This document shows, piece after piece, positions 35,915-46,575 of a stretch of DNA of 64,000 bases. Source of the DNA: a virus (taxonomy: Duplodnaviria; Caudoviricetes). The stretch spans positions 1 through 64,000 of the IMG/VR virus record IMGVR_UViG_3300032292_000698; one strand, 5' to 3'. The notes under the pieces were generated by a model. The model searched no databases. It worked only from the letters and a program-made list of their open reading frames with translations, and was not told the origin of the DNA. Position 1 is the first letter of the stretch; every line of letters starts with the position of its first letter. Both the position numbers and the translations under genes were made by a program.

Positions 35915-36886
35915 ATGCCAATTAAAGGAAAAACACTATTGCACTATGTACCTCATGGAATTAACCAAGAAGTATTTCGTCCATTTGATAAAACAGAAAA
36001 AAATCTAGTAGAAGGAAAGAAGAGATTTTTTAACGGAGCAACATACGACTATTCAATCTTTTTCAATAGTCGTAACGTCAAACGTAAACAAGTTTCTAAC
36101 GTACTTTTGGCATTCCGAATCTTTTGTGACAGTTTGTCACCAGAAGAAGCTAAAAGGGTATGTTTGATTCTTCATACAGAAGCAGTTGGTCAAAACGGAC
36201 ACGGTACAGATCTTCCCGCTGTAAAAGAAGCTATTTGTAAAAACTATACAGTGTTCTTTTCACAAAAGAAAATCACACCGGGAGAAATGAACTTGATGTA
36301 CAATCTATCGGATGTAACCATCAATGTTTCAAGCAACGAAGGTTTTGGACTCAGTGTTGGAGAATCAATTATGGCTGGAACTCCAATTATTGTAAATGTA
36401 ACCGGTGGTTTGCAAGATCAAATCGGTCAAGTGGATGACAACGGCAATCCCGTGGAATTCACCAAAGAATTTGGAACCAATAACATCGGTAAGTATAAAA
36501 ACCACGGTGTATGGGCAAAACCAGTTTGGCCAAAAGTGTTAGATACACACGGAAGCAATCAAACGCCATACATCTTTGATGATATGACTGATGCACGTGA
36601 CATTGCAGAAGCAATGATGTATTGGTACTTGATTCCTGACGAAGAACGTACTCGTCGTGGCGAAGTTGGTCGTAACTGGGCAATAAATGAAGGCGGTATC
36701 AACGCTAACAACATGTGTAATCAATTCATTACAGCTATGGATTATACTCTAAACAATTTCACTCCAAGTGAACCGTTTAGTATTCATACAACTGATGAAT
36801 TCGTTGGACAATCTCTACCAGATAATTGCATGGGTGTTGATTTTGGAAAAGTCGATATTGAAAAAGTTAAAAAGGAAATTCTATGA
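35915..36886 (+). CDS. GT4 glycosyltransferase, C-terminal domain only
   Basis: YVPHGIN, SRNVKRK, SNEGFGLSVGESIMAGTPII...TGGLQDQ; own SD AAGGAG. Confidence 0.85.
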   Translation: MPIKGKTLLHYVPHGINQEVFRPFDKTEKNLVEGKKRFFNGATYDYSIFFNSRNVKRKQVSNVLLAFRIFCDSLSPEEAKRVCLILHTEAVGQNGHGTDLPAVKEAICKNYTVFFSQKKITPGEMNLMYNLSDVTINVSSNEGFGLSVGESIMAGTPIIVNVTGGLQDQIGQVDDNGNPVEFTKEFGTNNIGKYKNHGVWAKPVWPKVLDTHGSNQTPYIFDDMTDARDIAEAMMYWYLIPDEERTRRGEVGRNWAINEGGINANNMCNQFITAMDYTLNNFTPSEPFSIHTTDEFVGQSLPDNCMGVDFGKVDIEKVKKEIL

Positions 36887-37572
36887 AGATTCAAGTATTA
36901 AAGAATGAAACATATCAGTCTGAAGACAATCTACCCAAGAAAGGCTCTGACAGAGCTACAGGATTTGATGTAGTTGTTACAAGTTCCCATGAAATCGTTG
37001 GTGAACTGTATGAGAATGGGTCATACAAACGTATTGACTACATTCAATACAAAACCAATCTTAAGTTGGCAGTTCAAAAAGATCGTCAATTTAGTAACTT
37101 TGGTTACACCGATTTGGACTATGACATTCTAGCATTTCCTCGTAGTAGTGTCAGTAAATACAATCTGGTGTTAGCCAATTGTATTGGATTGATTGACGCA
37201 GATTATCGTGGTGAAGTATTGCTTCGTTTCAAGTATATTTGGCAACCAGAAGATTATAGAATTAGAACTGATAATCTATTGGAAGGACATGTTAACTTTA
37301 ATAAACTCTATAATAAGGGTGATAAGGTTTGTCAACTCAAGGTTACTAAAGTTGAAAACGTTGAATTTATTTTGGTAGATGAACTAGATGCTACTAATAG
37401 AGGCGACGGTGGTTTTGGAAGCACAGATGTTCCTAAACTATCTTCACAACCACAATCTTCTGGTAAATCAATTGAAGATCTAATTAAACAAAAGGAAGGC
37501 GCATTTCAAGCTACTACTTTAAAGTATTCGGAAATTATCAAAGAAAGAGACAACAAAATTTTTGGAAACTAA
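36883..37572 (+). CDS. dut: Trimeric dUTPase
   Basis: ATGFD, PRSS, GLIDADYRGE, GDKVCQL, RGDGGFGST. Confidence 0.93.
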   Translation: MKIQVLKNETYQSEDNLPKKGSDRATGFDVVVTSSHEIVGELYENGSYKRIDYIQYKTNLKLAVQKDRQFSNFGYTDLDYDILAFPRSSVSKYNLVLANCIGLIDADYRGEVLLRFKYIWQPEDYRIRTDNLLEGHVNFNKLYNKGDKVCQLKVTKVENVEFILVDELDATNRGDGGFGSTDVPKLSSQPQSSGKSIEDLIKQKEGAFQATTLKYSEIIKERDNKIFGN

Positions 37573-37573
37573 T

Positions 37574-38890
37574 ATGAATAAACCGTTATGTGTTATACAA
37601 GCTCCCGTGTTCAGTCGTAGTGGATATGGTGATTGGTCGAGAGAAGTAGCTAAGAGTGTTCTTAGATACGGAAAATATGATTTGAAGATTGCTACAACCA
37701 AGTGGGGAAACAATCCGATCAAACGTTTTCAAGACGATCTTGATTTCAATGATCCTCTAAATCTTGCTCTTTTTGACAAGATGTTGAAGGAACCACTCAA
37801 TCGTCAACCCGACCTATTCATTCAAATTTCAATTCCCAATGAGTTCAAACCCATTGGCAAATATAACATTGGTATGACAGCCGGTATTGAAACTACCGCT
37901 GCTGCCGGTGAATGGATTGAGGGATTGAACAAAATGGATATGAATGTTGTTACGTCACGGCATTCCAAGAAGGTATTTGATGATGCAGACTACACCAAGG
38001 AATTTCAAGATGGAAGCGGTCGTAAAGAACAACTTCGCAGTACAAAACCTATGGAGGTATGTTTCTGGGGAGCAAATACCGATATTTACAAGATCACCGA
38101 TCAAAAGGTTGACTCTGTTGAAAAGGTTATGAGTACCATTCCAGAACAATACGCATTTTTGTTTGTTGGTCAATGGACCCACGATCATCCATTCTTTGAC
38201 AGAAAAGACATAGGCAACCTTATTAAGACGTTCTTGAATGCATTTAAAGATCGTCCTAACAAGCCTTGTTTGATTCTCAAGACAAGTGGTACCAACTATT
38301 CTAAGATGGATAAAGACGCAATCTTGAAAAAGATTCGTATCGTTGAATCACAAGTTCAAGGCGATCTTCCCAAGATTTATCTGATTCACGGAGAACTCAA
38401 TGACGTTGAAATGAACGCACTATTCAACCATGAAAAGGTCAAGTGTCATATCAGTTTCACCCACGGTGAAGGATTTGGTCATCCTCTTCTGTTGGCATCA
38501 CTTAGTGGAAAACCATTGCTTGTATCTGATTGGAGTGGTCATTTGGACTTTTTGTCAACCAACAAAGATTGTTTATTGCCAGGACGTGTTGAACCAATTC
38601 CTGCTGGATCTGCAAATCAGTGGTTGATCAAAGAATCTGCGTGGTTCAATGTATCATATAGTTTGGCAGAAGAACGTATGAAACAGTATTACTTTAGCAT
38701 GAGTCAACGTATCAAAGACAATGCGGTTACACTTGCTAATCACAACGCTGAACACTTTTCTACACAGTCAATGGATAAAACTTTGCAAGCAATTTTTGAA
38801 AAGTATGTTCCAGAGTTTGCTGTAGAACAAAAGATTGTTATTCCACAACTAAAAATGAATGTTCCGTCAGTTCCTAAAGTTGTTGTATGA
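37574..38890 (+). CDS. GT4 glycosyltransferase
   Basis: SRSGYG, TAGIET, FLFVGQW, RKDI, THGEGFGHPLLLA, WSGHLDF. Confidence 0.88.
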   Translation: MNKPLCVIQAPVFSRSGYGDWSREVAKSVLRYGKYDLKIATTKWGNNPIKRFQDDLDFNDPLNLALFDKMLKEPLNRQPDLFIQISIPNEFKPIGKYNIGMTAGIETTAAAGEWIEGLNKMDMNVVTSRHSKKVFDDADYTKEFQDGSGRKEQLRSTKPMEVCFWGANTDIYKITDQKVDSVEKVMSTIPEQYAFLFVGQWTHDHPFFDRKDIGNLIKTFLNAFKDRPNKPCLILKTSGTNYSKMDKDAILKKIRIVESQVQGDLPKIYLIHGELNDVEMNALFNHEKVKCHISFTHGEGFGHPLLLASLSGKPLLVSDWSGHLDFLSTNKDCLLPGRVEPIPAGSANQWLIKESAWFNVSYSLAEERMKQYYFSMSQRIKDNAVTLANHNAEHFSTQSMDKTLQAIFEKYVPEFAVEQKIVIPQLKMNVPSVPKVVV

Positions 38891-39537
38891 AACCATTCAT
38901 TTCATATTTGGTAACATGTCATAATGAGGGTGTGCAATTGCGCACCCTTTTATCTCTTCTTCTGAAGTACTCAGAAGGAAATCAAATCGTGGTATTGGAT
39001 GATTATTCTACAGATCCAATTACTTTAGAAGTATTACACGAATATCAATCAGTTGTTGGTGTTAAATTGGTTGCACACCATCTCAATAAGGACTATGGTA
39101 CACATAAAACCTATGGCACACAACAGTGTGATGGTGAATATGTGTTTCAAATTGACGCAGATGAATTACCCAGCGAGGTTTTGCTGGTTAATTTGTATGC
39201 ATTGTTGCAATCTAATCCATCATGTGAAATGTTTTGGGTTCCACGTGTAAACAACTTCATTGGTGTTACGCCAGAAGATATCAAAAATTACGGATGGCAT
39301 ACAAATGAAAAGGGCCATATCATGTGGCCCGACTATCAGTCACGCATATACAAGAATTTTCCACAGATCAAATGGGATCGTAAACTTCACGAAACCATTG
39401 TGGGATTCAAAGAGTATGCTCGTATTCCAGCTATAGAAGAGTTGTCGTTGTATCATACAAAGACTATTGAAAAACAACGTAACGACAATACAAGATATAT
39501 GAAAGAATTCTCCCACGAAGATAATTATCGAAAGTAA
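38887..39537 (+). CDS. GT2 glycosyltransferase
   Basis: VTCHNE, VVLDD.S, QIDADE, WPDYQ.R, LHE. Confidence 0.88.
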   Translation: MKPFISYLVTCHNEGVQLRTLLSLLLKYSEGNQIVVLDDYSTDPITLEVLHEYQSVVGVKLVAHHLNKDYGTHKTYGTQQCDGEYVFQIDADELPSEVLLVNLYALLQSNPSCEMFWVPRVNNFIGVTPEDIKNYGWHTNEKGHIMWPDYQSRIYKNFPQIKWDRKLHETIVGFKEYARIPAIEELSLYHTKTIEKQRNDNTRYMKEFSHEDNYRK

Positions 39538-39540
39538 TTT

Positions 39541-40257
39541 ATGGTAAAGACTCCAGTATATTGTTTATATTCTTCTCAGATGAAGACGATATTTGAGAAT
39601 CACTTTTATCCATCATTCATGCGGTTCAATAGTGATGACTTTGAATTGACTGTGTTTCATGTTGATGTAGACGGTAATGGAGATTTTGATTCAAATGGAT
39701 ATATGAAATGTATGCATCATAAAACCGCCATGATGCTCAAAACCATTAAAGAAAATCTAGGTACACACATTGTTTGGACAGATATTGATATTCGATTTCT
39801 ATCAAAAATTGATCTGACTTCGTATACCGGTAACTTCACTGTATTAAAAGAACATTATGATGTATCGAATCAATATATTAATCCGGCATTTTGCAGAATT
39901 CAATGTAATGATATTATGGTGGATTTTTTTGAAAAGTTGTTGGACAGTTGTAAGAAGCATGATGTACATGACATGGACATCATGAACTATTTCAAAGACA
40001 CCATTCCTCCAATTCAAATTGATGTATTTGATTTTAGATACATCCAATACACATCGTTACCACACAAAACCACGACGGTTACATGTGATATATGTAAAAA
40101 CAATACAACGTGTTATAACTGTTTACATCAGTTGGTAGACATTGATTGTATAAATAAAGACAATACTATCTTATTTCATGCGAATTGTACCGTGGCAAAC
40201 AATCGTAGTACCAGTATGGGGCTCAAATTAGAACAACTAGATTATCTTGTTAAATGA
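39541..40257 (+). CDS. Nucleotide-diphospho-sugar transferase (GT77-like)
   Basis: K..., IVWTDIDI, INPAF, HDMDIMN, LFHANC. Confidence 0.7.
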   Translation: MVKTPVYCLYSSQMKTIFENHFYPSFMRFNSDDFELTVFHVDVDGNGDFDSNGYMKCMHHKTAMMLKTIKENLGTHIVWTDIDIRFLSKIDLTSYTGNFTVLKEHYDVSNQYINPAFCRIQCNDIMVDFFEKLLDSCKKHDVHDMDIMNYFKDTIPPIQIDVFDFRYIQYTSLPHKTTTVTCDICKNNTTCYNCLHQLVDIDCINKDNTILFHANCTVANNRSTSMGLKLEQLDYLVK

Positions 40258-41066
40258 TCACAATTACAATAGGAACAAATGGCAGATTTGGAAATCAAAT
40301 GTTTCAATATGCATCTTTGATGGGTATCGCAGATAAACAAAACTGTTTGTATGGTATCAATTATAAATTTGGTTCGGGACATACATGGAACGAATTTCCA
40401 GATGACCGAGAATTGAACCTATACACTTTGGTATTACCCAAAGCATTTCATTTGTCAGCGTTACACTGTGAAGAAAAGTATAACGTAATCAATGAATATA
40501 GTCACTTTCATTTCAATCCAGAGTTCTTTAATACTGGTGATGATGTTCATCTACACGGTTATTTTCAGACCGAAAAGTATTTCAAACATATTGAATCCAA
40601 AGTTCGATCCGAATTCACTTTCAAAAAAGAAATTGTTGACGCAGCCAAAGATTACTTAAAAGACAAACAGTTTAACGAAACTGTGGCACTACACGTTCGA
40701 CGGGGTGACTATCTACAATTAGCACATCATGGAGCGTGTGATTTATCATATTATATCAAAGCACTAGAACATTTTACCGATAAACAGTACAATTTTGTTA
40801 TAATGACAGACGATATTGAATGGGCAAAATCTACATTTGTCGGATCTGATAATTTCTTTATTTCAGAAACACACAACCAGTTTGTTGATATGTGTATCAT
40901 GACTCTATGTAATCATAATATCATTGCGAATAGCACATTTAGTTGGTGGGGTGCTTGGTTAAATACGTCACCAAACAAAAAGGTTATTGCACCTTCACGT
41001 TGGTTTGGTCCGGGTGTGCCTTTAAACACAAAAGATTTATACTTGTCCGATTGGATTATTATATGA
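40254..41066 (+). CDS. Alpha-1,2-fucosyltransferase (GT11)
   Basis: GRFGNQMFQYA, GYFQTEKYF, LHVRRGDY, TDDIEW, IIANSTFSWWGAWL, VIAPSRWF. Confidence 0.93.
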   Translation: MITITIGTNGRFGNQMFQYASLMGIADKQNCLYGINYKFGSGHTWNEFPDDRELNLYTLVLPKAFHLSALHCEEKYNVINEYSHFHFNPEFFNTGDDVHLHGYFQTEKYFKHIESKVRSEFTFKKEIVDAAKDYLKDKQFNETVALHVRRGDYLQLAHHGACDLSYYIKALEHFTDKQYNFVIMTDDIEWAKSTFVGSDNFFISETHNQFVDMCIMTLCNHNIIANSTFSWWGAWLNTSPNKKVIAPSRWFGPGVPLNTKDLYLSDWIII

Positions 41067-41896
41067 AAATTCCACAAGAGATACAATTAATTCGAAAAGC
41101 AGAAACCATCACTGATGGTTTGATTCCTTTGCACGATTGTACTTTTATCATTCCTGTACGTATTGAAAGTGAAGATCGCCGTAAAAACTTCACAATTGTG
41201 TATGACTATTTGAGTCGTAACTTTGAAACAAACATTATTATATACGAATGTTCCAAAGAAAAAACTGCAATTGACTTGATTCGAAATGATGTTACTTACG
41301 TCTTTGATAAACAAACAGAAACTTCAACTTTTCATAGAACCAAGTATCTTAACCGAATGTTGAGTCTTGTTAATACTGCGGTTACCGTAAATTATGATAT
41401 TGATGTGGTTCTTCCTATAGAATCATATCTGATGGCATACAAAAAGATTGTACGTCAAGATTATGATTTGGTCTATCCATTTGCTATTGGAAAATATCAA
41501 AAGAAAGTAAATGAATCTGGAAGAAAGAAGTTATTGGATAAGTCATCTGTTGTAGAATTAACTCCCCAAGATTATTCGGATTGTCAATGTGAATACGGTC
41601 ATTGTCAGTTCTTCAATACGCAATCATATAAAACCTACGGATGGGAAAACGAACATTTTGTTTCATATGGACCAGAAGACCGTGAACGATATGAACGGTT
41701 CAAAAAACTTGAAAGAAATGTGACACATTTGGAAAAGGGATATGTATATCATATAGAACACAGTCGTGGTACCGACTCAAATGAGAAAAATCCATTCTTT
41801 GAACACAATAACTCTTTGTATAAAAAACTAGGCTCCATGAACAAAGACGAGTTAACAAACTACTATAAAGAAATCGACTACATACAATCTTACTAA
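41063..41896 (+). CDS. GT7C/GT2-like galactosyltransferase
   Basis: FIIPVR...RRKN, NYDIDV, GWENEHFVSYGPEDRE, YHIEH. Confidence 0.8.
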   Translation: MKIPQEIQLIRKAETITDGLIPLHDCTFIIPVRIESEDRRKNFTIVYDYLSRNFETNIIIYECSKEKTAIDLIRNDVTYVFDKQTETSTFHRTKYLNRMLSLVNTAVTVNYDIDVVLPIESYLMAYKKIVRQDYDLVYPFAIGKYQKKVNESGRKKLLDKSSVVELTPQDYSDCQCEYGHCQFFNTQSYKTYGWENEHFVSYGPEDRERYERFKKLERNVTHLEKGYVYHIEHSRGTDSNEKNPFFEHNNSLYKKLGSMNKDELTNYYKEIDYIQSY

Positions 41897-41899
41897 TTT

Positions 41900-42607
41900 A
41901 TGAAAATTGCCGTTATATCAATCGCCACAAACAAATATAAAGACTTTTTACGTCCGTTTGTCGAATCAGTTAAAACGCATTTTATTCCCAATGTACAAAA
42001 AGACTTTTATCTATTCACCGATGAAAGTCTTGATTGGTTTGATTCATCAGTAAAGTGGCATAAAATCGAACATCAACCATGGCCCTATATCACATTAAAA
42101 CGGTTTGAGTTTATATCCACATGTCTTGACCAACTCAAAGAATACGATTACGTGTTCTATTTTGACAGCGATATGGAATTTGTAGACACGTTGACATCAT
42201 TTGATATCGGCAACAAAAAGTATTATGCGGTTTGTCATCCTTCGGTGGTAAACAATCTTAATTTCTGGCCCGTTGAAACCAATTCAGAATCTACTGCATA
42301 TATCCAAAATCGTAATCGGTGTGTATATGTTCAAGGATGCGTTTGGGGCAGTCGTGGAGCCAATATTGAAACGATGGTCAATACCATGAAAAACAATATC
42401 AATACAGACTTGTCAAAAAACCTTATTGCAATTTGGCATGATGAATCACACTTGAATAAGTTTATGGTAGATAACGTAAAGGACGCTATCATTTTGAGTC
42501 CAAGTATGGCATATCCCGAACATTGGAACTTGCCAATTAACAAACTTGTTATTCACAAAGATAAAAACATGGTTGATTATCCACGATTCAAAGGAGCTAC
42601 ACCGTAA
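41900..42607 (+). CDS. GT6 alpha-1,3-Gal/GalNAc transferase (ABO-like)
   Basis: IATNKY, FTD, WPYITLKRF, YFDSD, HP, WHDESHLNKF, LSPSMAYP. Confidence 0.9.
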   Translation: MKIAVISIATNKYKDFLRPFVESVKTHFIPNVQKDFYLFTDESLDWFDSSVKWHKIEHQPWPYITLKRFEFISTCLDQLKEYDYVFYFDSDMEFVDTLTSFDIGNKKYYAVCHPSVVNNLNFWPVETNSESTAYIQNRNRCVYVQGCVWGSRGANIETMVNTMKNNINTDLSKNLIAIWHDESHLNKFMVDNVKDAIILSPSMAYPEHWNLPINKLVIHKDKNMVDYPRFKGATP

Positions 42608-43569
42608 TGAAAATTGTTATTTGGGGACATCCACTATATTCACATACCCACTCTTATGTTCACTCGTCTTATTACAAGGCTGCAAAATCAATGGGACACG
42701 AAGTTTATTGGTTTCACGATCAAGACTACCCAAAAGACTTTGACTATTCCAACACCACGTTTATTACTGAGGGATTTGCAGACGTAAACATTCCATTAAA
42801 TTCATCCAGCACATACTTTGTGATGTATTGTCCCTCTCCAAAAAAGTATTTGGATGCAGGAGTTAAACGGTATATTGACGTGCGATGTGTTGCAAAAGAT
42901 CATCATGATCACATACACTCTTATTCAGTAGACAAAACAACCACTCAAAAAGTTGGACCTTCGTGTTATTTTGTTCCAAAAACAAATAACAAAGTTCATG
43001 TTAAAAACAATTATATCGATTATACCATAGACGATTTTGATAAATTCTATTTGAGTTGGGCAACCAATCTACTTCCATCAGAATTCAACATGGAAGACGT
43101 ATATCTCAAACGAGAAAACGCAATCTATTTCTGTGGCAGTCTTTCCGGTTCAGGTATTTGTGAGAATCTGAGTAATTGGCTACCGTTTATAAACGAATGC
43201 AAAAAACATGGTATTGCATTTTATCATAACGATCCGTGGAAAAATCCTTTATCAGATGATAAAGTCAAAGAGTTGGTTCAAAAATCAATTTTGGGCATTG
43301 ATATACGTGGACCAGAACATGCAAAAACCGGCATCATAACGTGTCGAATATTCAAAAATATCAGTTATGGACATCTTGGATTGACCAACTCAGAGGAAAT
43401 TTACAAAGAGATGGATGGAAACTGCATATACAATCCAAATCCTCAAGAACTATTTCGTCTAGGAATGGAAAAACGTACCGATTATGAAACTATCAAAAAA
43501 TCGATGTTATACGTAAAAGAAAATCATACCTATATCAACAGAATCACAAGCATGTTTTCAATTTTATAA
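42607..43569 (+). CDS. GT-B glycosyltransferase (CgeB-like)
   Basis: HTHSYVH, FCGS, CRIFKNISYG, HTYINRI. Confidence 0.7.
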   Translation: MKIVIWGHPLYSHTHSYVHSSYYKAAKSMGHEVYWFHDQDYPKDFDYSNTTFITEGFADVNIPLNSSSTYFVMYCPSPKKYLDAGVKRYIDVRCVAKDHHDHIHSYSVDKTTTQKVGPSCYFVPKTNNKVHVKNNYIDYTIDDFDKFYLSWATNLLPSEFNMEDVYLKRENAIYFCGSLSGSGICENLSNWLPFINECKKHGIAFYHNDPWKNPLSDDKVKELVQKSILGIDIRGPEHAKTGIITCRIFKNISYGHLGLTNSEEIYKEMDGNCIYNPNPQELFRLGMEKRTDYETIKKSMLYVKENHTYINRITSMFSIL

Positions 43570-43572
43570 TTT

Positions 43573-44178
43573 ATGTTTAGATCAGACGCATATCAAGATC
43601 AATTTGTATACAAACTTCTCAACCAAAAACGTCACGGATATTTCGTAGATATTGGAAGTTGTGGTGCAATCAACTCAAACAACTCATACTTTTTCGAATC
43701 TCTTGGATGGCGAGGAATATGCGTTGAAATTGATAAAGGTTACGCACCAAGTTATTCGGAACGTAGGTGTACGTTTATAAACCAAAACGCACTTACAGTT
43801 GACTACACTAACGTTCTTGAAAATGATAATGCTCCATTGTTTATAGACTATCTCTCGGTTGATATTGATGAACTGAGCATTGATGCCATTAAGTTATTGC
43901 CACACGATAAATACAAGTTTGGAGTGATTACAATAGAACACGATGGTTATATCTATGGCAATCGTTATAGGCAACCGCAACGTGAGTTTTTAAAGTCACT
44001 TGGTTATCATCTATTGGGTTCAGATGTACGTGTTCCTGATAGACATTTTAGATCTTTAAGCACTCTCAATCATTTGGATAACAACGGATTTGAAGATTGG
44101 TGGGTTCATCCATCTTTGCAAAAGAATCATTATATGTTTAATCACATCTATCCTGAAGATTTAATTGCGCAACTATGA
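43573..44178 (+). CDS. FkbM-family methyltransferase
   Basis: GYFVDIGS, NNSYFFE.LGWRGICVE, IDYLSVDID, ITIEH, FEDWWV. Confidence 0.85.
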   Translation: MFRSDAYQDQFVYKLLNQKRHGYFVDIGSCGAINSNNSYFFESLGWRGICVEIDKGYAPSYSERRCTFINQNALTVDYTNVLENDNAPLFIDYLSVDIDELSIDAIKLLPHDKYKFGVITIEHDGYIYGNRYRQPQREFLKSLGYHLLGSDVRVPDRHFRSLSTLNHLDNNGFEDWWVHPSLQKNHYMFNHIYPEDLIAQL

Positions 44179-45113
44179 CAGTCTTTCTGGTAAATCATAA
44201 AGTCAAAAATTGTGGAGTATACCAGTATGGAAAACGTGTTGCGTCTATTCTAACCAAGTCAAAAAACTTGTTGGTTCATTATCTCGAAATGGACGACAGC
44301 AACGATTTTCTAACACAAGTAAACATTCACAATCCATCTGTTATTGTTTACAATCATTTGACAGGAACAATGCCTTGGGTAGATACAACTTTTGTTAATC
44401 AACTTCGTCAACGAGGAATTAAACAAGGAACTATCGTACACAACGTAGCATACTCCACATTTTTCGATTTTTATTTACATCAGGATCCAAATTACAACGT
44501 TCACCAAAACAATTACAAGTTGTTACGTCCATTGTTTGAATATAACAAACCTATCACAGTATCTCCCCACAAAATAAAGATTGGATCTTTTGGGTTTGGA
44601 TTTGCATCAAAACAATATGAACAGTTGTGTGCGTGTGTACGTGATAACTTTTTACGAACAGACGTTCCCGTTGAATTGAGACTACATCTGACGCATTCAC
44701 ATTTTTGTGAAAATTCAAGAGACATTGAAAGTATAAAATACAACGCATCAAGAATACTTAACAATCCAAATATCAACTTGGTAATCACAACCGATTTTAT
44801 CAGTGATGAAGACCTGTTGGATTTTCTGGCAGGCAATGATCTCAATATCTTCTTTTATCAAAAGTATAGTGGGTATAACGGTATATCATCATCAATCGAT
44901 TATGCGTTGTCGGTTAAACGTCCTATCGCAATATGTAGAAGCAATATGTTTTCACACATTTGGAATACAACACCGTCAATTTGTGTTGAAGATGTATCAT
45001 TAAATGAAATCATCAATGTGGGGATTAGACCGTTGGAACAATATTACAATAGTTGGTCCCACGACAAATTTATTGAACTATTTGAAAATAACATTAAAGA
45101 CGTTACAAAATGA
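44175..45113 (+). CDS. GT-B glycosyltransferase-like protein
   Basis: CGVYQYG, IGSFGF...KQYE, NDLNIFFY, GISSSIDYALSVKRPI. Confidence 0.7.
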   Translation: MTVFLVNHKVKNCGVYQYGKRVASILTKSKNLLVHYLEMDDSNDFLTQVNIHNPSVIVYNHLTGTMPWVDTTFVNQLRQRGIKQGTIVHNVAYSTFFDFYLHQDPNYNVHQNNYKLLRPLFEYNKPITVSPHKIKIGSFGFGFASKQYEQLCACVRDNFLRTDVPVELRLHLTHSHFCENSRDIESIKYNASRILNNPNINLVITTDFISDEDLLDFLAGNDLNIFFYQKYSGYNGISSSIDYALSVKRPIAICRSNMFSHIWNTTPSICVEDVSLNEIINVGIRPLEQYYNSWSHDKFIELFENNIKDVTK

Positions 45114-45859
45114 ACAAGCTCGGAGTATTGGTTACATGTTACAATGAAGTTTCAGCAGTAGAATATTCGTTAAGTATATTTAGACAAATTTATCCAGATG
45201 TCAAAATCTATCTTACAACTGAAAGTCAAGCGGATTACAGTAGACTATTGAAACTAAACAATATCAGCATCAATCATGTTGCTGATACAATGTATTTTAT
45301 ACGTCACATCACTGATCAAAACTTCAGAGAACCACACTTTCAAAACAAAATGATCGTGGCTACCAATGCGTTCTTAAACAGAGTTGTACATGCTATTGAA
45401 TATTGTCAAAGTGAATACTTGTTATTGATGGATCCAGATACATTGGTAAGAGGTCCACTTACCATTCCAGATGGTGTTAAATTGTTGGGTACACGTATCA
45501 ATCAAGGATTGCCAACGGAGTTGAGAAACATTTTATCACAAATTCCGGGTGCTATTGATATTGATTGTTGGGGAGCAACACCTGCAATTATTCATAATCA
45601 AACGTTTTTGAAATCCTACAAATATGTAACAGAACAAGATCCTATGTTTTTGTCAAGAATAGCACAAACATTTTATGCTATTTTTGCACACGACGTGATT
45701 CTTCCAGTATTATTTGCGTTACAAGGAGAAAAGGAAACGTTTAATCCAGATATAATAGAGTGTCATCGGCAATGGTATTGGCATATGACACAACATCCAT
45801 TGGTGCATCAATTTAAATATTTATATGACAACAATCGTAACAGCCTTATACAACATTAA
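45110..45859 (+). CDS. GT2-like glycosyltransferase
   Basis: VTCYNE, LLMDPD, LVHQFK. Confidence 0.65.
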   Translation: MNKLGVLVTCYNEVSAVEYSLSIFRQIYPDVKIYLTTESQADYSRLLKLNNISINHVADTMYFIRHITDQNFREPHFQNKMIVATNAFLNRVVHAIEYCQSEYLLLMDPDTLVRGPLTIPDGVKLLGTRINQGLPTELRNILSQIPGAIDIDCWGATPAIIHNQTFLKSYKYVTEQDPMFLSRIAQTFYAIFAHDVILPVLFALQGEKETFNPDIIECHRQWYWHMTQHPLVHQFKYLYDNNRNSLIQH

Positions 45860-46574
45860 CCGGGAACGAGAAGGCGACGGAAGACCTTTTCATGATTATT
45901 TGAAGTGGTTACCCGAAACTTTATCTTTATCATGCAACTATGTTATTTACACAGAAAGTGGCGTTGTTCCATACGTTCCAAATCAACCAAACATTAAAGT
46001 AGTTGTAACTCCCCCTGAAGAAATACCATTATATCACAAACGAGGACACATTCAAAGCATTCTGAGTGACAGAACATATCTTTCACAGATTAAACATCCA
46101 ACCAGAGTGGAATGTGTACTTCCAATGTATACCGTCATTCAGTATTCAAAATTTGAGTGGTTGAAACGTACCATCAAAGAAAATCCATTTGGATCATCAT
46201 ACTTTTTCTGGATGGACGCTGGTTGTAGTAGATTCTTTGATGGACTATCTAAGTCATTTCCGAATCACAATAACCTTCCTCCAAAGTTTCTAATTCAGGG
46301 AAACGTGAATACCAACCGTATTCCTATAGATGAAAATTATAAGTGGATGTCAGATTGTGTTCTTGTAGGTACATTTTTTGGCGGACCAACTGAGTATGTA
46401 ACAAAAGTGTCAGATTTGACTCTAAAGTTCTTACAAGAAGAAATGTTGGATAAGAACATGATCAATAATGAACAGATTGCACTTGCGTTTATATGTAAAC
46501 GTGAACCGTCGTTATTCAATATTTATATAAAGTTGAACGGACAACATCTTCCGGTTTTAAAGATATTAGAATAA
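45825..46574 (+). CDS. HtrL/YibB (WlaTC)-family glycosyltransferase
   Basis: TIVTALYNI, YSKFEWL...ENPFGSSYFFWMDAG, GTFFGG, NNEQI. Confidence 0.85.
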   Translation: MTTIVTALYNINREREGDGRPFHDYLKWLPETLSLSCNYVIYTESGVVPYVPNQPNIKVVVTPPEEIPLYHKRGHIQSILSDRTYLSQIKHPTRVECVLPMYTVIQYSKFEWLKRTIKENPFGSSYFFWMDAGCSRFFDGLSKSFPNHNNLPPKFLIQGNVNTNRIPIDENYKWMSDCVLVGTFFGGPTEYVTKVSDLTLKFLQEEMLDKNMINNEQIALAFICKREPSLFNIYIKLNGQHLPVLKILE

Positions 46575-46575
46575 T

